A stretch of DNA of 64,000 nucleotides from Gemmatimonadota bacterium (GCA_039586365.1 JBDHKN010000001.1:160001-224000), one strand, 5' to 3'. Counted from the first letter of the stretch, positions 28,290-38,610 are shown. Numbers and translations are program-made. Notes: a model not told the origin generated them from the sequence alone.

Positions 28290-28898
28290 GTGGATACGGC
28301 TGAAGTCCGCCAAAAATACGACGCGTTTGCCCCCTCGTATGATGTGACTGTGGGGGCACTTGACGCCCTTGGTATGCGACGACTGCGACGAGCGATGCTG
28401 CGACAGGCACGCGGCAAGGTGCTGGAGGTAGGTTTCGGGACCGGCAAGAACCTAACGTCTTATCCGCCGGGCTGTGAGATAACGGGAGCGGATCTGAGCA
28501 GGGAGATGCTCAGGCGGGCGCGGCACGGGATGTCGCAGCGCCAATTAGCCTGGCGCTGCGCCCAGGTGGATACGCACTATCTCGCCTTTGCCGACAACAC
28601 CTTCGACAAAGTGGTCGAGGCGCTCTGTCTTTGTACTTACATGGAGCCGGTGGCCGCTCTCGCAGAGATGGCAAGGGTCTGCCGCGCGGACGGCCGGATC
28701 CTGCTACTGGAACATGGTCGGAGTCGGCATGGATGGCTGGGGCGACTGCAGGATCGGCTGGCAGGTTCTCACGCAAAGGCGGTCGGCTGCATATGGAACC
28801 GGGAACCTCACGAATGCTGTGAGGCAGCCGGCTTGCGAGTTGCGGCGGCCCGCAGGACATTCTTCGGCGTGTTCCACGTACTGGAAGCGATCCCCTAG
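28290..28898 (+). CDS. Class I SAM-dependent methyltransferase
   Basis: VLEVGFGTGKNL and EMARVC...GRILLLEH motifs. Confidence 0.88.
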   Translation: MDTAEVRQKYDAFAPSYDVTVGALDALGMRRLRRAMLRQARGKVLEVGFGTGKNLTSYPPGCEITGADLSREMLRRARHGMSQRQLAWRCAQVDTHYLAFADNTFDKVVEALCLCTYMEPVAALAEMARVCRADGRILLLEHGRSRHGWLGRLQDRLAGSHAKAVGCIWNREPHECCEAAGLRVAAARRTFFGVFHVLEAIP

Positions 28899-28927
28899 GT
28901 AGCTAGGTGGCTGGTCAGGGAGCAGAG

Positions 28928-30199
28928 ATGCGGAAGACTGCCTGTGCATCCAGGTCACGCTTTCGGACCAGCCTTGGTCCCGGTCTCCTGTGGGCAGCTG
29001 CTGCCGTAGGTGTTTCCCACTTGGTGCAGTCGACGCGCGCGGGAGCTGTTGCCGGATTCGGACTGAGTGGAGTGATACTGTTGGCGCTGATACTCAAATA
29101 CCCGTTTTTCGAGTATGGTCCTCGCTACGCTGCAGCCACTGGCTGGAGTCTGGTAGAAGGTTACCTGCGGATTGGTAGGTGGGCACTGTGGCTCTACCTC
29201 GCGGTAACAATACTGACTTCAGTGGTCATTCAAGCCGCAGTCGTACTCTTCACTGCCTTCCTGGTGAAGTTCGTCTTGGGACTGGATTGGTCTTTACCTA
29301 TTACCGCAGCTGTTCTCATCACACTGTGCGCAGCCTTGCTCTGGATCGGTCGCTACCGGGCTCTTGACGTTACTGTCAAGGTGATACTAGCTGTGCTGGC
29401 CGTTTCTACCCTGGTCGCTGCCTTCGTGACGCTGCCGCGGGCGGATCTCTCGACGTTCGCTTTGTGGCCGGGCGAAGTCGGTACGGCGGTGCCGTTCGCT
29501 TTCATTCTGGCGCTAATGGGCTGGATGCCCTCCGCCTTCGATATCTCAGTCTGGAATTCGCTGTGGACCCTGGCGAAAGACGAGAGTGAAGGCACGAGAT
29601 CCTCAGTACGCCACGCCCGACTGGATTTCTTGGTTGGGTATGTTGGAACGGGTGTTCTCGCATTCGCCTTTGCGACGCTGGGCGCCGGTGTGATGTTTGG
29701 GTCTGGTGCTTCGTTCAGCCCGCAAGGGACGGTTTTCTCGACGCAGTTGGTGGACCTCTATAGCCAGACACTGGGCGCGTGGACCCGGCCGATCGTCTTG
29801 GTAGCAGTAACCACGACGATGGTGTCGACCACGCTTACAGTCGTCGACGGGTTCCCGCGGGCGATAGAGCGATCGCTTTACTATGTCCGAACGAGCAAGC
29901 CTCCCCAGGCAGCGGTGCCTTCCGCTGGGAACCTCTACTGGGGTTCTCTCACGGCACTCGGGGTCCTCACAGTAGTCGTACTGATCTTCTTCGTTGGCAA
30001 TCTGACCACGATGGTCGATTTCGCCACTATCGTTTCCTTCCTGACGGCGCCGATACTCGGTTATCTCAACCTCAGAGCCGTGACATCTCCGGATGTAGCC
30101 CCGGAACACCGACCCTCCAAGCCAATGCAAGTGTTGTCGCGGGTTGGTCTGGCATTGTTGGGAGGGATTGGAGCGGTGTACCTGGTGTCTCTGTTCTGA
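28928..30199 (+). CDS. NRAMP-like/APC-superfamily transporter
   Basis: LGPGLLWAAAAVGVSHLVQSTRAGA; about 11 hydrophobic segments; GWMP motif; GTG 28907 is an alternative start. Confidence 0.82.
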   Translation: MRKTACASRSRFRTSLGPGLLWAAAAVGVSHLVQSTRAGAVAGFGLSGVILLALILKYPFFEYGPRYAAATGWSLVEGYLRIGRWALWLYLAVTILTSVVIQAAVVLFTAFLVKFVLGLDWSLPITAAVLITLCAALLWIGRYRALDVTVKVILAVLAVSTLVAAFVTLPRADLSTFALWPGEVGTAVPFAFILALMGWMPSAFDISVWNSLWTLAKDESEGTRSSVRHARLDFLVGYVGTGVLAFAFATLGAGVMFGSGASFSPQGTVFSTQLVDLYSQTLGAWTRPIVLVAVTTTMVSTTLTVVDGFPRAIERSLYYVRTSKPPQAAVPSAGNLYWGSLTALGVLTVVVLIFFVGNLTTMVDFATIVSFLTAPILGYLNLRAVTSPDVAPEHRPSKPMQVLSRVGLALLGGIGAVYLVSLF

Positions 30200-30326
30200 T
30201 GCAATCAGGGGATATCGCGCCGTCCAGCGGAACAGGTGCCGTCTCAAGTTGGATTGTCTGTGCAACCCCCACTGACTGGTCGACTGTCTGCAATTCCATC
30301 GGACCACTAGCCCCTAGAGAATCACT

Positions 30327-31439
30327 ATGACAATTCGCGCTGCGGTGATGACCGCTCCCAATGAACCGATAGAGCTGTGGAACCTCGACGACCCCCAAAT
30401 GGAACCGGGCTCCATTCTGTTGGAGACCGTGGCCAGTGAAGTCTGCGGTACCGACGTTCACCTACACCATGGTCGACTCGCCGGAGTCCCCTATCCCATC
30501 ATTCCGGGTCATGTGAGCGTGGGGCGAGTGGCTGAGCTGCGGGATGTTGTGCGGGACGGTTTGGGTGAGCCACTCGCCACAGGTGATCTAGTCACCTTTT
30601 ACGACGTAACCGAAACCTGCAATACGTGCTGGTACTGCACCGTCGCGCAGCAACCGAATCGCTGTCCCAGCCGTCGGGTATATGGAATCACTTATTCAGC
30701 CACTGATGGGCTATTGGGGGGCTGGGCCGAACGGATCTACTTGAAGCCGGGTGTGCGGGTACTCAAGCTGCCCGAGTCGCTCACGGCGGACGATGTAATT
30801 GGAGGCGGGTGTGGCCTGTTCACGGGGTTTGCCGCGGCCGACCGAAGTCGCCTGAGGCTGGGTGACACGGTGGTTGTGCAGGGGGCTGGCCCAGTCGGCC
30901 TCGCCGCTGCAGCGTTTGCCTCCGTAGGTGGAGCCGACTGTGTAATCGTGGTTGGAGCTCCCGAAGACCGTCTGCAGCTGGCGCAGCGACTCGGTGCCGA
31001 CGTGGTGCTGTCATTGGAGACAATGGCTGCGGAAGATCGTAGTGAGGCCGTGCGCACGCTGACCGGTGGTCGTGGCGCGGACGTAGTCGTCGAGGCAAGT
31101 GGGAATCCAGAGGCTATACCTCAAGGCTTTGATCTGCTCCGCGATGGTGGAACCTACGTTATAGCGGGGCATTACACGGATGCAGGTAGCATCGCGATCA
31201 ACCCGCATGTAGCCATCAACCGCAAGCACGCCGACATCCGGGGTCAGTGGGGTACCGATTTCCGTCATGTGGTTCGGGCTCTGAAGCTGTTGTCGCGACA
31301 CGTCGACCGGTTGCCGTTCGCGCAGGTGATTGGAGGGCGCTACGGACTGGAGCAGGCGGGACAGGCGTTAGAGGATGTGGGGGGCCTGCGCGTGACCAAG
31401 GCGATAATACAGCCGCAGCTTGCGACTGGCGGAGCGTAG
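30327..31439 (+). CDS. Zinc-binding alcohol dehydrogenase family protein
   Basis: CGTDVH, PGH, CNTCWYC...C and GAGPVG motifs. Confidence 0.9.
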   Translation: MTIRAAVMTAPNEPIELWNLDDPQMEPGSILLETVASEVCGTDVHLHHGRLAGVPYPIIPGHVSVGRVAELRDVVRDGLGEPLATGDLVTFYDVTETCNTCWYCTVAQQPNRCPSRRVYGITYSATDGLLGGWAERIYLKPGVRVLKLPESLTADDVIGGGCGLFTGFAAADRSRLRLGDTVVVQGAGPVGLAAAAFASVGGADCVIVVGAPEDRLQLAQRLGADVVLSLETMAAEDRSEAVRTLTGGRGADVVVEASGNPEAIPQGFDLLRDGGTYVIAGHYTDAGSIAINPHVAINRKHADIRGQWGTDFRHVVRALKLLSRHVDRLPFAQVIGGRYGLEQAGQALEDVGGLRVTKAIIQPQLATGGA

Positions 31440-31474
31440 GTATGAAACGAATGATCGCCCTTGCGTCTCACCGC

Positions 31475-32974
31475 TCACCGTCTTGCTCTCATGCTCTCGA
31501 ACATGCGAGCGACGCCCTCCGGTGGCCTAGTGAAGTAGCTCACCACCACCGTAACCAGCAGTCCTGCCATGAAAGCGGGGATCAGCTCATAGAGCCGTGA
31601 ATTGAGCGCGGGGATTCGGTCCCACACGATCGTGATGAGGGCTCCGGTCACCAGCCCGGCTATCACGCCCGTTCGGGTAGTACGTCGCCAGTACAGGGCC
31701 AGGATGGAGGTCGGGCCGAAAGACGCACCCAAGCCGGCCCAAGCCAGCAGCACTAGCCAGAACACGCCGATCTTCTCGGCGATGAGACCGAAGCCCACCG
31801 CTGCTGCAACTAACGCTACCACCACAATCCGGCTATACCGCACCAGTCGCTGCTGTGGAATCGTAGCGCCAGAGTGCAGAATCTTCTCGTAAAAGTCTCG
31901 CACCACGCTCGACGTTGACACCAGTAGCTGGGAGTCAGCGGTCGAGATGATGGCCGCGAAGATCGACGCGACTACGACGCCGAAGAACACCGGATGCAGG
32001 TGCTGTGATGCAAGAAGCGGATAGAGCTGTTCCGGGTCAGCATCGGGCAGCATTGCCGCGTCCGGGAAATAGACCCGGCCGGCGAGGCCGATGAACAGTG
32101 CTCCCCACGCCATGACCACGTTCCAAATGGTCCCAACCACCGCCGAGGCACGTAGCTGATCCGGGTTGGCAATCGACATGTAGCGCACGATGATGTGGGG
32201 GTTCCCGGGTGAGCCTAGCCCAATGCCGAGGAAGCCGATCATGGCTCCGGCGCCCAGTGCCACCGGATCGATCAATGTTGGATCCAGGCTGCGAAGTTGC
32301 GCAACCACAGGCTGGAGCCCGCCGAAGTCAGCGACCGCAATGAGTGGTACGGCAACCAAGGCCAGGATCATGATACAGGCCTGAAGCGTGTCGGAGAGAC
32401 TCACCGCCAGGAATCCGCCTAGAGCAGTGTAGGCGAGCACTATCAGGGCGGTGAGCATAATGCCGACGCCACCGCTCAGACCGAAGCTCGCAGCAAACGC
32501 CTTCCCGCCACCGACGAACTGCGACGAGACGTACCCAATCATGAACACCAGGATGATCACAATGAGAATCGTACGGAGGAGACCGCTCTTGTCACCGAAC
32601 CGCGCGGCATAGAAGTCCGGCACCGTGACGCAGTCGTAGGCTTCTGAAAACCGCCTGATCCGCTTGGCGTAGAAGATGAATAGAAACACCTCAGCGGTGA
32701 TATATCCCGTCACTGCCCACACCGCGCCCACTCCCATCGTGTAAGCCATTCCGGTCACACCCAATAGCAGCCAAGCACTCCGTCCCGAGACGACAGCAGA
32801 GAGTGCCACCACATAGCGGTGCATCTTGCGTCCGCCTACGAAGAACTCGCTCACGCCAGTCGACGAGAAGCGGACTGACAAGACGCCGATCAACACGATC
32901 ACGGCCAAGTACGCGATGAAAGCTACGACAGCGAAGGGATCCGCCGAGACCTGGATAGTCGCGCCATCTTGCAC
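31475..32974 (-). CDS. Sodium:solute (proline-type) symporter
   Basis: FFVGGR, SAWLLLG, YTALGGFLAVS, GNPHI..RYM and AAIISTADSQLL motifs. Confidence 0.92.
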   Translation of the reverse strand: MQDGATIQVSADPFAVVAFIAYLAVIVLIGVLSVRFSSTGVSEFFVGGRKMHRYVVALSAVVSGRSAWLLLGVTGMAYTMGVGAVWAVTGYITAEVFLFIFYAKRIRRFSEAYDCVTVPDFYAARFGDKSGLLRTILIVIILVFMIGYVSSQFVGGGKAFAASFGLSGGVGIMLTALIVLAYTALGGFLAVSLSDTLQACIMILALVAVPLIAVADFGGLQPVVAQLRSLDPTLIDPVALGAGAMIGFLGIGLGSPGNPHIIVRYMSIANPDQLRASAVVGTIWNVVMAWGALFIGLAGRVYFPDAAMLPDADPEQLYPLLASQHLHPVFFGVVVASIFAAIISTADSQLLVSTSSVVRDFYEKILHSGATIPQQRLVRYSRIVVVALVAAAVGFGLIAEKIGVFWLVLLAWAGLGASFGPTSILALYWRRTTRTGVIAGLVTGALITIVWDRIPALNSRLYELIPAFMAGLLVTVVVSYFTRPPEGVARMFESMRARR

Positions 32975-33073
32975 TTAATCCTCCCGTTCGTCCGTGACGC
33001 GTGCCAGCACGATCGCAGTCGCAATGATGGCAACCGGGAGGGCGAACATCACTAGAAGAAATGGAAGCGGCAT
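32975..33073 (-). CDS. Small single-pass membrane protein (32 aa) upstream of the symporter; not in the ORF track
   Basis: GGAG SD, then MPLPFLLVMFALPVAIIATAIVLARVTDERED*; its TAA abuts the symporter GTG. Confidence 0.65.
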   Translation of the reverse strand: MPLPFLLVMFALPVAIIATAIVLARVTDERED

Positions 33074-33263
33074 AGGCACTCCGTGGATCCGTGGGGCCTG
33101 TCGTCGTCGAACCGTGGGGCGGTTGAGTCGTGCCACGGGCCTGCTGGGGACCCAATGTTACGGGGTTGGGGGGAAGATGCTAGGGTACAAACGCCCGGGG
33201 CTGGCGTTCGCTTGACGGTTCTGCGGGACAGTAGGCCCGGCAGGATCAGTCATCCAACTTAGA

Positions 33264-34820
33264 GTGCAGGCTGCTGGAGAGCTGTTGTTGGCTCTGCTGC
33301 CGAGCGATGAGACCGTTGAGCCTGCGGACGTAGATGGCGTTAGTCCACAGGCGGTCCAGATATTGGTGCAGGCCGAGCGGGAGTTCCACTCCGGGCGATT
33401 CGAGAGGGCGCTGGAGCTGTACAGTGCGGCGGTGCAGGAGGATTCGACGTTCGCCCTTGCTGGGGCAAGGGGAGCGCAGGCGGCGAGCTGGAAGCACAAG
33501 CAAGAAGAAGCGATCAACTTGATCGAGATTACAGTGGCCAATGTGGAGCAGCTCGCGCCACGGTGGGCACACTTTGCACGCGGGTTTGACGCGCATCTTC
33601 AAGCCCGGGCAGACAACGCGGTGTATCACTTCGAGCAGGCGATCGCACATAGCGAAACCTGGGCCGAGGGTTGGATGGGCCTCGCCGAGACGTACCAACA
33701 CCTGCTGCCGCGGAAGACACCGCAGGACTCGCTCGCGCGAGCGGGCTTCGAGGAGGTTTATCGACGCAAGCCGGGCTACGTACCAGCGCTCTACCACCTG
33801 GCGGAGTTCGCCATGCGGGAGGGAGATCTCGATGGGGCCGACAGCCTGCTGCTCGAATATCGAGCGGCCGATCCCGAGGAGGACGTGCTGGCGAACCTCG
33901 AGTTGGCATTGGCGTGCGTGTTGCGCTCGCCGGGCGCGATCGACTGGCGGCACCACGTGCTGGAGGATGCGAACCGCGTTTATCAGGCCGCGAAGCTCTT
34001 GGGTGTTGGCGGGGCGCATCCCGAGTGTGCCATGGCCGGGTGGCAGGCGGTGTTGGATTACGACACCACCACGAGCGAGAACTACCTGTTCGGCTCGTTG
34101 ATGGGGCTGCAGAGCATGCTGGTCGCCACCGGCAGCAGCGACAGGCTGCGAGTGTTGTTGGACTCGGCGGCCGCATCTGGTTCTCGGACCGGACAGGCGG
34201 GCCTGCTCAGCTACATCGTAGATGCGTTGGTCGGAGCGGATGTGGAGGCGCAGGCGCAGGCGGTGGCTGATTCACTGAGGCACAATCTAGACAGTCTGAG
34301 TGAGCCAAGGCTCTGGTACCTTGCCGTGTGGGATTCGCATCGTGGCCGTGTTGACGAAGCGGTCGTGGTGCGCGACTCGCTCAGATCATTGGCGGGCCGG
34401 GGCAGCCAGCGTGCGGCGCTGATGGCGGATGCCCTTACCGCCCATGTCGATCTAGCACGAGGTGACACCGCCCGTGCGCTCGACCTCCTGGGAAACCTCG
34501 AACCCACCGGGCAACGCTCCAGCTACCAGAATCCATGGGAGTCGCTGGGCTTCGAGCGCATTGCGCTCGCGCGATTGCTGTACGTCCGCAGTGACTATGA
34601 GGCGGCATATCGGATTGCGGCGACGCTCGATTCACCGTGCGCAGCGAGTGTGATCTATCCGGTGTTTCTGCCGGCGAGCCTGGAGCTGCGGTTGAGGGCG
34701 GCGGAAGGAGTGGGAAATCGAAGATTGGCGGAACAGTTACGTGAGAGGTTGAGGAAGGTGGGGAGGGAGGATCTCGTCGATTCTCCGGTAGTGGACATGC
34801 CCTCCGCGCGATGGCAGTGA
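33264..34820 (+). CDS. TPR-repeat protein, probably 5'-truncated
   Basis: 518-aa ORF with TPR-like helices (ALELYSAAVQEDSTFALA); no clear SD or start. Confidence 0.65.
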   Translation: MQAAGELLLALLPSDETVEPADVDGVSPQAVQILVQAEREFHSGRFERALELYSAAVQEDSTFALAGARGAQAASWKHKQEEAINLIEITVANVEQLAPRWAHFARGFDAHLQARADNAVYHFEQAIAHSETWAEGWMGLAETYQHLLPRKTPQDSLARAGFEEVYRRKPGYVPALYHLAEFAMREGDLDGADSLLLEYRAADPEEDVLANLELALACVLRSPGAIDWRHHVLEDANRVYQAAKLLGVGGAHPECAMAGWQAVLDYDTTTSENYLFGSLMGLQSMLVATGSSDRLRVLLDSAAASGSRTGQAGLLSYIVDALVGADVEAQAQAVADSLRHNLDSLSEPRLWYLAVWDSHRGRVDEAVVVRDSLRSLAGRGSQRAALMADALTAHVDLARGDTARALDLLGNLEPTGQRSSYQNPWESLGFERIALARLLYVRSDYEAAYRIAATLDSPCAASVIYPVFLPASLELRLRAAEGVGNRRLAEQLRERLRKVGREDLVDSPVVDMPSARWQ

Positions 34821-34847
34821 GCTTAAACCTGGCCGCAGTGAACACCC

Positions 34848-35675
34848 CTAGACCAGAGCCGCGGCCAGCTCGCTTGCCGACTGCGGCCTGTCACCTCGCT
34901 CCTTCGCCAGTGCCCAGTGCACTGCAGCCTCGACGTGCTGCGGCAGGTCCGGCCGCACTACGCGCAAAGAGGGCGGTGGCAGCCCAATCTGCTTTGACAT
35001 GATCGCCTGCGCTGAGCGGCCGGTGAACGGTGGCTCCCCGATCAGCATCTCGTAGACGACACAGGCCAGCGAGTAGATGTCGCTGCTGCCGTCCAGGTCG
35101 CTATCTCCTCGTGCCTGTTCCGGACTCATGTAGGGTGGCGTTCCGATGATGATTCCGGTGGAGGAAAGCGACTCGCCACCCGAGTGGATTATCGCCCGCG
35201 CAATGCCGAAGTCGCACAGCCGTGCCCGCCCTTCGTGAAACAGGACGTTGCCCGGCTTCATGTCGCGGTGCACGATGTTGTTGGCATGCGAGTAATCCAA
35301 GGCGGCTGCCACCTGGCGCACGATGTCAACAGTCTCCGTGAGCGACAGATAGCCCGTGTTGCTGATCCGCGGAATCAGTGATCCGCCGTCTGCGAAGGGC
35401 ATCACGTAGTACAGCAGCCGGCCGGCTTCATCGGACGCCAACAGCGGTAGAATGTTGGGGTGTTGCAGGGTTTGGAGGAACTTGATCTCACGGTGGAATC
35501 GGGCGGCGCCCCTAGGCACCCTGAATGAGGGATTCAATACCTTGACCGCAACTCGCTTGCCGTCCGCAAGACACACCGCCAAGAAGACCGTTGCCATGGC
35601 CCCCCGGCCAAGCCGGCGCTGGATATCGTACTTGTCCCACAACGCTGACTGAACGGTCTCGAGAGAGATGGGCAG
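34848..35675 (-). CDS. Eukaryote-like Ser/Thr protein kinase (catalytic domain only)
   Basis: LGRGAMATV, VAVK, HRDMKPGN, DFG and GTPPYMSPE motifs; start placed at CTG 35675 from the SD, with TTG 35642 as the alternative. Confidence 0.88.
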   Translation of the reverse strand: MPISLETVQSALWDKYDIQRRLGRGAMATVFLAVCLADGKRVAVKVLNPSFRVPRGAARFHREIKFLQTLQHPNILPLLASDEAGRLLYYVMPFADGGSLIPRISNTGYLSLTETVDIVRQVAAALDYSHANNIVHRDMKPGNVLFHEGRARLCDFGIARAIIHSGGESLSSTGIIIGTPPYMSPEQARGDSDLDGSSDIYSLACVVYEMLIGEPPFTGRSAQAIMSKQIGLPPPSLRVVRPDLPQHVEAAVHWALAKERGDRPQSASELAAALV

Positions 35676-35815
35676 GGTGGCCTCCGGAGGCGGGGGATGT
35701 CACTAGGATACGGTCGAAGGGGCGGGTATGCCAGAGCATGAGGATGGTGGAAGACGGTGCAGGTTATTGGTAATCTCTCCCGTCCTCCACCGTCTCTCAC
35801 CATCCTTCACCAACT

Positions 35816-37033
35816 CTAAATAGCCGCCGACGCCTCCAACTCCTTCTTCCCGGTCTCGGGGAGCCAGATCAAGATTAGTACGAGAGCGATCACAACAGAC
35901 ACCGTCGTAACAGACACAGAAGTACCCCAACCAACCGACTCGGCCGCCTTGCCTACGATGACTGGTGCGATGACGTAACCTATGCGACCAAGCAAGTTGT
36001 TGGACCACGCGAATGCGTCAGACCGCAAGTCGGTGGGGAAGAGCTCGGTTGTGAACGCGTTGAGAAGCGCCAGCAGTGCGATGGCTGCGAAGATCGCAAA
36101 CGCGAGGCACGTCGTTAGAATCCAGAAGCTCGTGAGTTGGTAGGCTAGGACCACGAACACGGCGGAAACACTGTAGATCAAGACTGCACTGCGACGCCTG
36201 CCCCATAGGTCGAGTAGCTTGCCGATACTGAAGATGAACGGCATTGCGATGATAGAGGCGACTGTCAGTGCCGTCGCCACCTGGCCGTCGCTGAAGCCGG
36301 CCTCTGCAACCGCGTACTCCTTCCAGAACACCACGACAACGTTGGTGCACATGTAGGTGAGCCCCCAGATGAGCGCCATCTGGAGCACACGCTTGCGATA
36401 GGGACTTCGCAGAATCGCGATCAACGGTCGCCTGGTGTCGGTGCGCTTGGCAGCGTAGTCGGCAAAGCGCTTCGTCTCGCGCAGGCCGCGCCGCGCGTAG
36501 GCCAGCAGCAGCAACGGGATGATCCCCACGAAGTAGACGGTGCGCCAACCGTAGGGGTTCGAGATGAGGAGAGGCACGACTGCGGCGCAGGTTATCGATC
36601 CCAACGAATTGAATGCCTGCAGAACCCCCAATGCGAATCCGCGTTGTTCCGCCGGAAACTCCTCCGCCGCGATGACCATGCCCAACGCCCACTCGGCGAT
36701 GAGAAAGACGCGTCCGGTGAACTGGTACAGAGTGAAGTCATAGGCGGAGCGAGAGAGGCCGGTGAGGAACGTGAAGAAAGCGTAGCCCAGAATCGTAATG
36801 GCTAGGACCCTGCGCCTACCCCACTTGTCACCCAGCCGCACCAGGAAGTATGAAACCACCGTGCCCACGCTGATCACGCTCACGATCAGGCCGCCCTCAC
36901 CCTCGGTGAGCGCCATCTCCGCGCGGAGGTTGGGCAGGATCTGACTGAGTGCAGTGAAGTCGTAACCCTCGAAGAAGGTCGCGACGCTCAGGAAGACGAA
37001 GAGTCGCTTCTGGTAACTGGTGAACTTGCCCAC
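35816..37033 (-). CDS. MFS transporter
   Basis: FEGYD, LGDKWGRR, ELFPT.LRS and LPET motifs; about 12 transmembrane segments. Confidence 0.92.
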   Translation of the reverse strand: MGKFTSYQKRLFVFLSVATFFEGYDFTALSQILPNLRAEMALTEGEGGLIVSVISVGTVVSYFLVRLGDKWGRRRVLAITILGYAFFTFLTGLSRSAYDFTLYQFTGRVFLIAEWALGMVIAAEEFPAEQRGFALGVLQAFNSLGSITCAAVVPLLISNPYGWRTVYFVGIIPLLLLAYARRGLRETKRFADYAAKRTDTRRPLIAILRSPYRKRVLQMALIWGLTYMCTNVVVVFWKEYAVAEAGFSDGQVATALTVASIIAMPFIFSIGKLLDLWGRRRSAVLIYSVSAVFVVLAYQLTSFWILTTCLAFAIFAAIALLALLNAFTTELFPTDLRSDAFAWSNNLLGRIGYVIAPVIVGKAAESVGWGTSVSVTTVSVVIALVLILIWLPETGKKELEASAAI

Positions 37034-38376
37034 TAGCGCCCTGTGGACGGGAATACGACTACACTCTCATGTCCGACGGCGCTCACAGCTGCCACGCCGA
37101 AAAAGTAGTTGTCGATTATGATCCCCTCGAACGTGTGCTCAAGCGCGTCGCCGACCCAGCGCGAGAAATCCCACGTCGGTGAGTCGGTGACCCTCCAGTA
37201 TACCCGATATCCGACGACGTTTGCCGTATCGGCAGCCGGTTCCCAGGTCAGTCGCGCCGACGGTCGATTGGAACCCCCGATCCGTACCACTCCTGGTGGA
37301 CCAGGCGCCCAGGCTAGCGATGCCAACGTCACCGCGTTCAACGCGGTTATCTTGGCCGCGTAACTGAAGTCAACTGCCTCCAACACGTCACCATAAGCGA
37401 TGCCGTTCTCCACTCTGATGTCCTGGTGCTGGCGGTTGTAGTTCTCATGGGCCTCCATGACACGAACAGCCGGGTACCCCAAATCCGCGAATGGACGGTG
37501 GTGGCCCCCGCGCCCGAAACGATCGAGGCGGTACACCATCATCACGTCCAGGTTGTTGATGTATCGGTCCGCCATGCGGTCCACGTAGCGTGCCAGTTGG
37601 CGGGAGATTCCGTCGACTTCGCCACCGGTGGACCTCCGCGCCCTACGCTGCTCCTCGGTCTCAGTAGGGGGGGTGCCGTCCGAGAACACCCGGACCTGTG
37701 TGTTGTCGCTGACACCGCTGATGCCCTCGACGTTGCCGATCATGTCGTTGTTGAGTAGGCCTTGGATGTTCCAGCCATGCTCCTGCGCGTAGCGTGCCAC
37801 CGTCTGGCCACCCAGCAGTCCTTGTTCCTCTCCCGAAAGGCCCAAATACACGATCGAGCCGTTGAACCTGTACGTGGACAGCACGCGGGCGGCTTCAATC
37901 GTCCCGGCCATGCCACTGGCATTGTCGTTGGCCCCCGGAGCTGAGTCGACTGCGTTGGAGCCACTGCTGATGCGGCTGTCGATGTCTCCGCTCATGATGA
38001 CCATGCGGTTGGGATCGGAGATCCCGCGTTGAATCGCAACTACGTTCACGACATCGGTAGAGTCAGAAATACGTCGCGTGGGTGGATAGATCTCGGATAT
38101 GTAGAAGACTTCCAGACAGCCCCCGCAGTTGCTCGAGATTCGGTCGAACTCGGCCTTGATCCAGCGTCGAGCCGCACCGATACCGCGCGTCTCCGATAGG
38201 GTGTCGGACAACGTGTTGCGGGTTCCGAAGCTCACCAGTGTGGTGACATCAGCCGCGATCCGACTTGCAGCCACTGAGTCTACGATCGCGTGTAGCCGTG
38301 GATCCTCGCGAGATGCGGTTTGGGCCAGTACGGGAGCTGGTGTGGCCAGACAGAGCAAGATCGCAACCAGTTTCAT
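37033..38376 (-). CDS. M28-family metallopeptidase, secreted, with C-terminal FN3-like domain
   Basis: Signal peptide; PGANDNASG, GEEQGL and NNDMIG motifs. Confidence 0.9.
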   Translation of the reverse strand: MKLVAILLCLATPAPVLAQTASREDPRLHAIVDSVAASRIAADVTTLVSFGTRNTLSDTLSETRGIGAARRWIKAEFDRISSNCGGCLEVFYISEIYPPTRRISDSTDVVNVVAIQRGISDPNRMVIMSGDIDSRISSGSNAVDSAPGANDNASGMAGTIEAARVLSTYRFNGSIVYLGLSGEEQGLLGGQTVARYAQEHGWNIQGLLNNDMIGNVEGISGVSDNTQVRVFSDGTPPTETEEQRRARRSTGGEVDGISRQLARYVDRMADRYINNLDVMMVYRLDRFGRGGHHRPFADLGYPAVRVMEAHENYNRQHQDIRVENGIAYGDVLEAVDFSYAAKITALNAVTLASLAWAPGPPGVVRIGGSNRPSARLTWEPAADTANVVGYRVYWRVTDSPTWDFSRWVGDALEHTFEGIIIDNYFFGVAAVSAVGHESVVVFPSTGR

Positions 38377-38610
38377 CTATGGCTCCGAAGAGAGGGATGA
38401 ATACGGCGAGACGGGGGCTTGGGACACGTTGCTGGCCCCGGTTGGCAGTGGTGACACAGTCGTTATCACAGTGCCTGACGCAATGGTCCGCCGTTGCGAG
38501 ACTGCGGTGGTACGCTACGCGGCCTGGCACATTGACGCAAGTCAGCCGAGCCGTACCTTAGATATCAGTCAACCCAGAACGCATGATGACCAAAAGTGAG
38601 GATGTGTCAT

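Noticed and set aside
32994..33263. ORF 32994-33215 is in frame with the TPR gene across a TGA, suggesting a second readthrough case
   Set aside because: The upstream peptide is the antisense shadow of the small membrane ORF plus intergenic sequence and does not look like a protein
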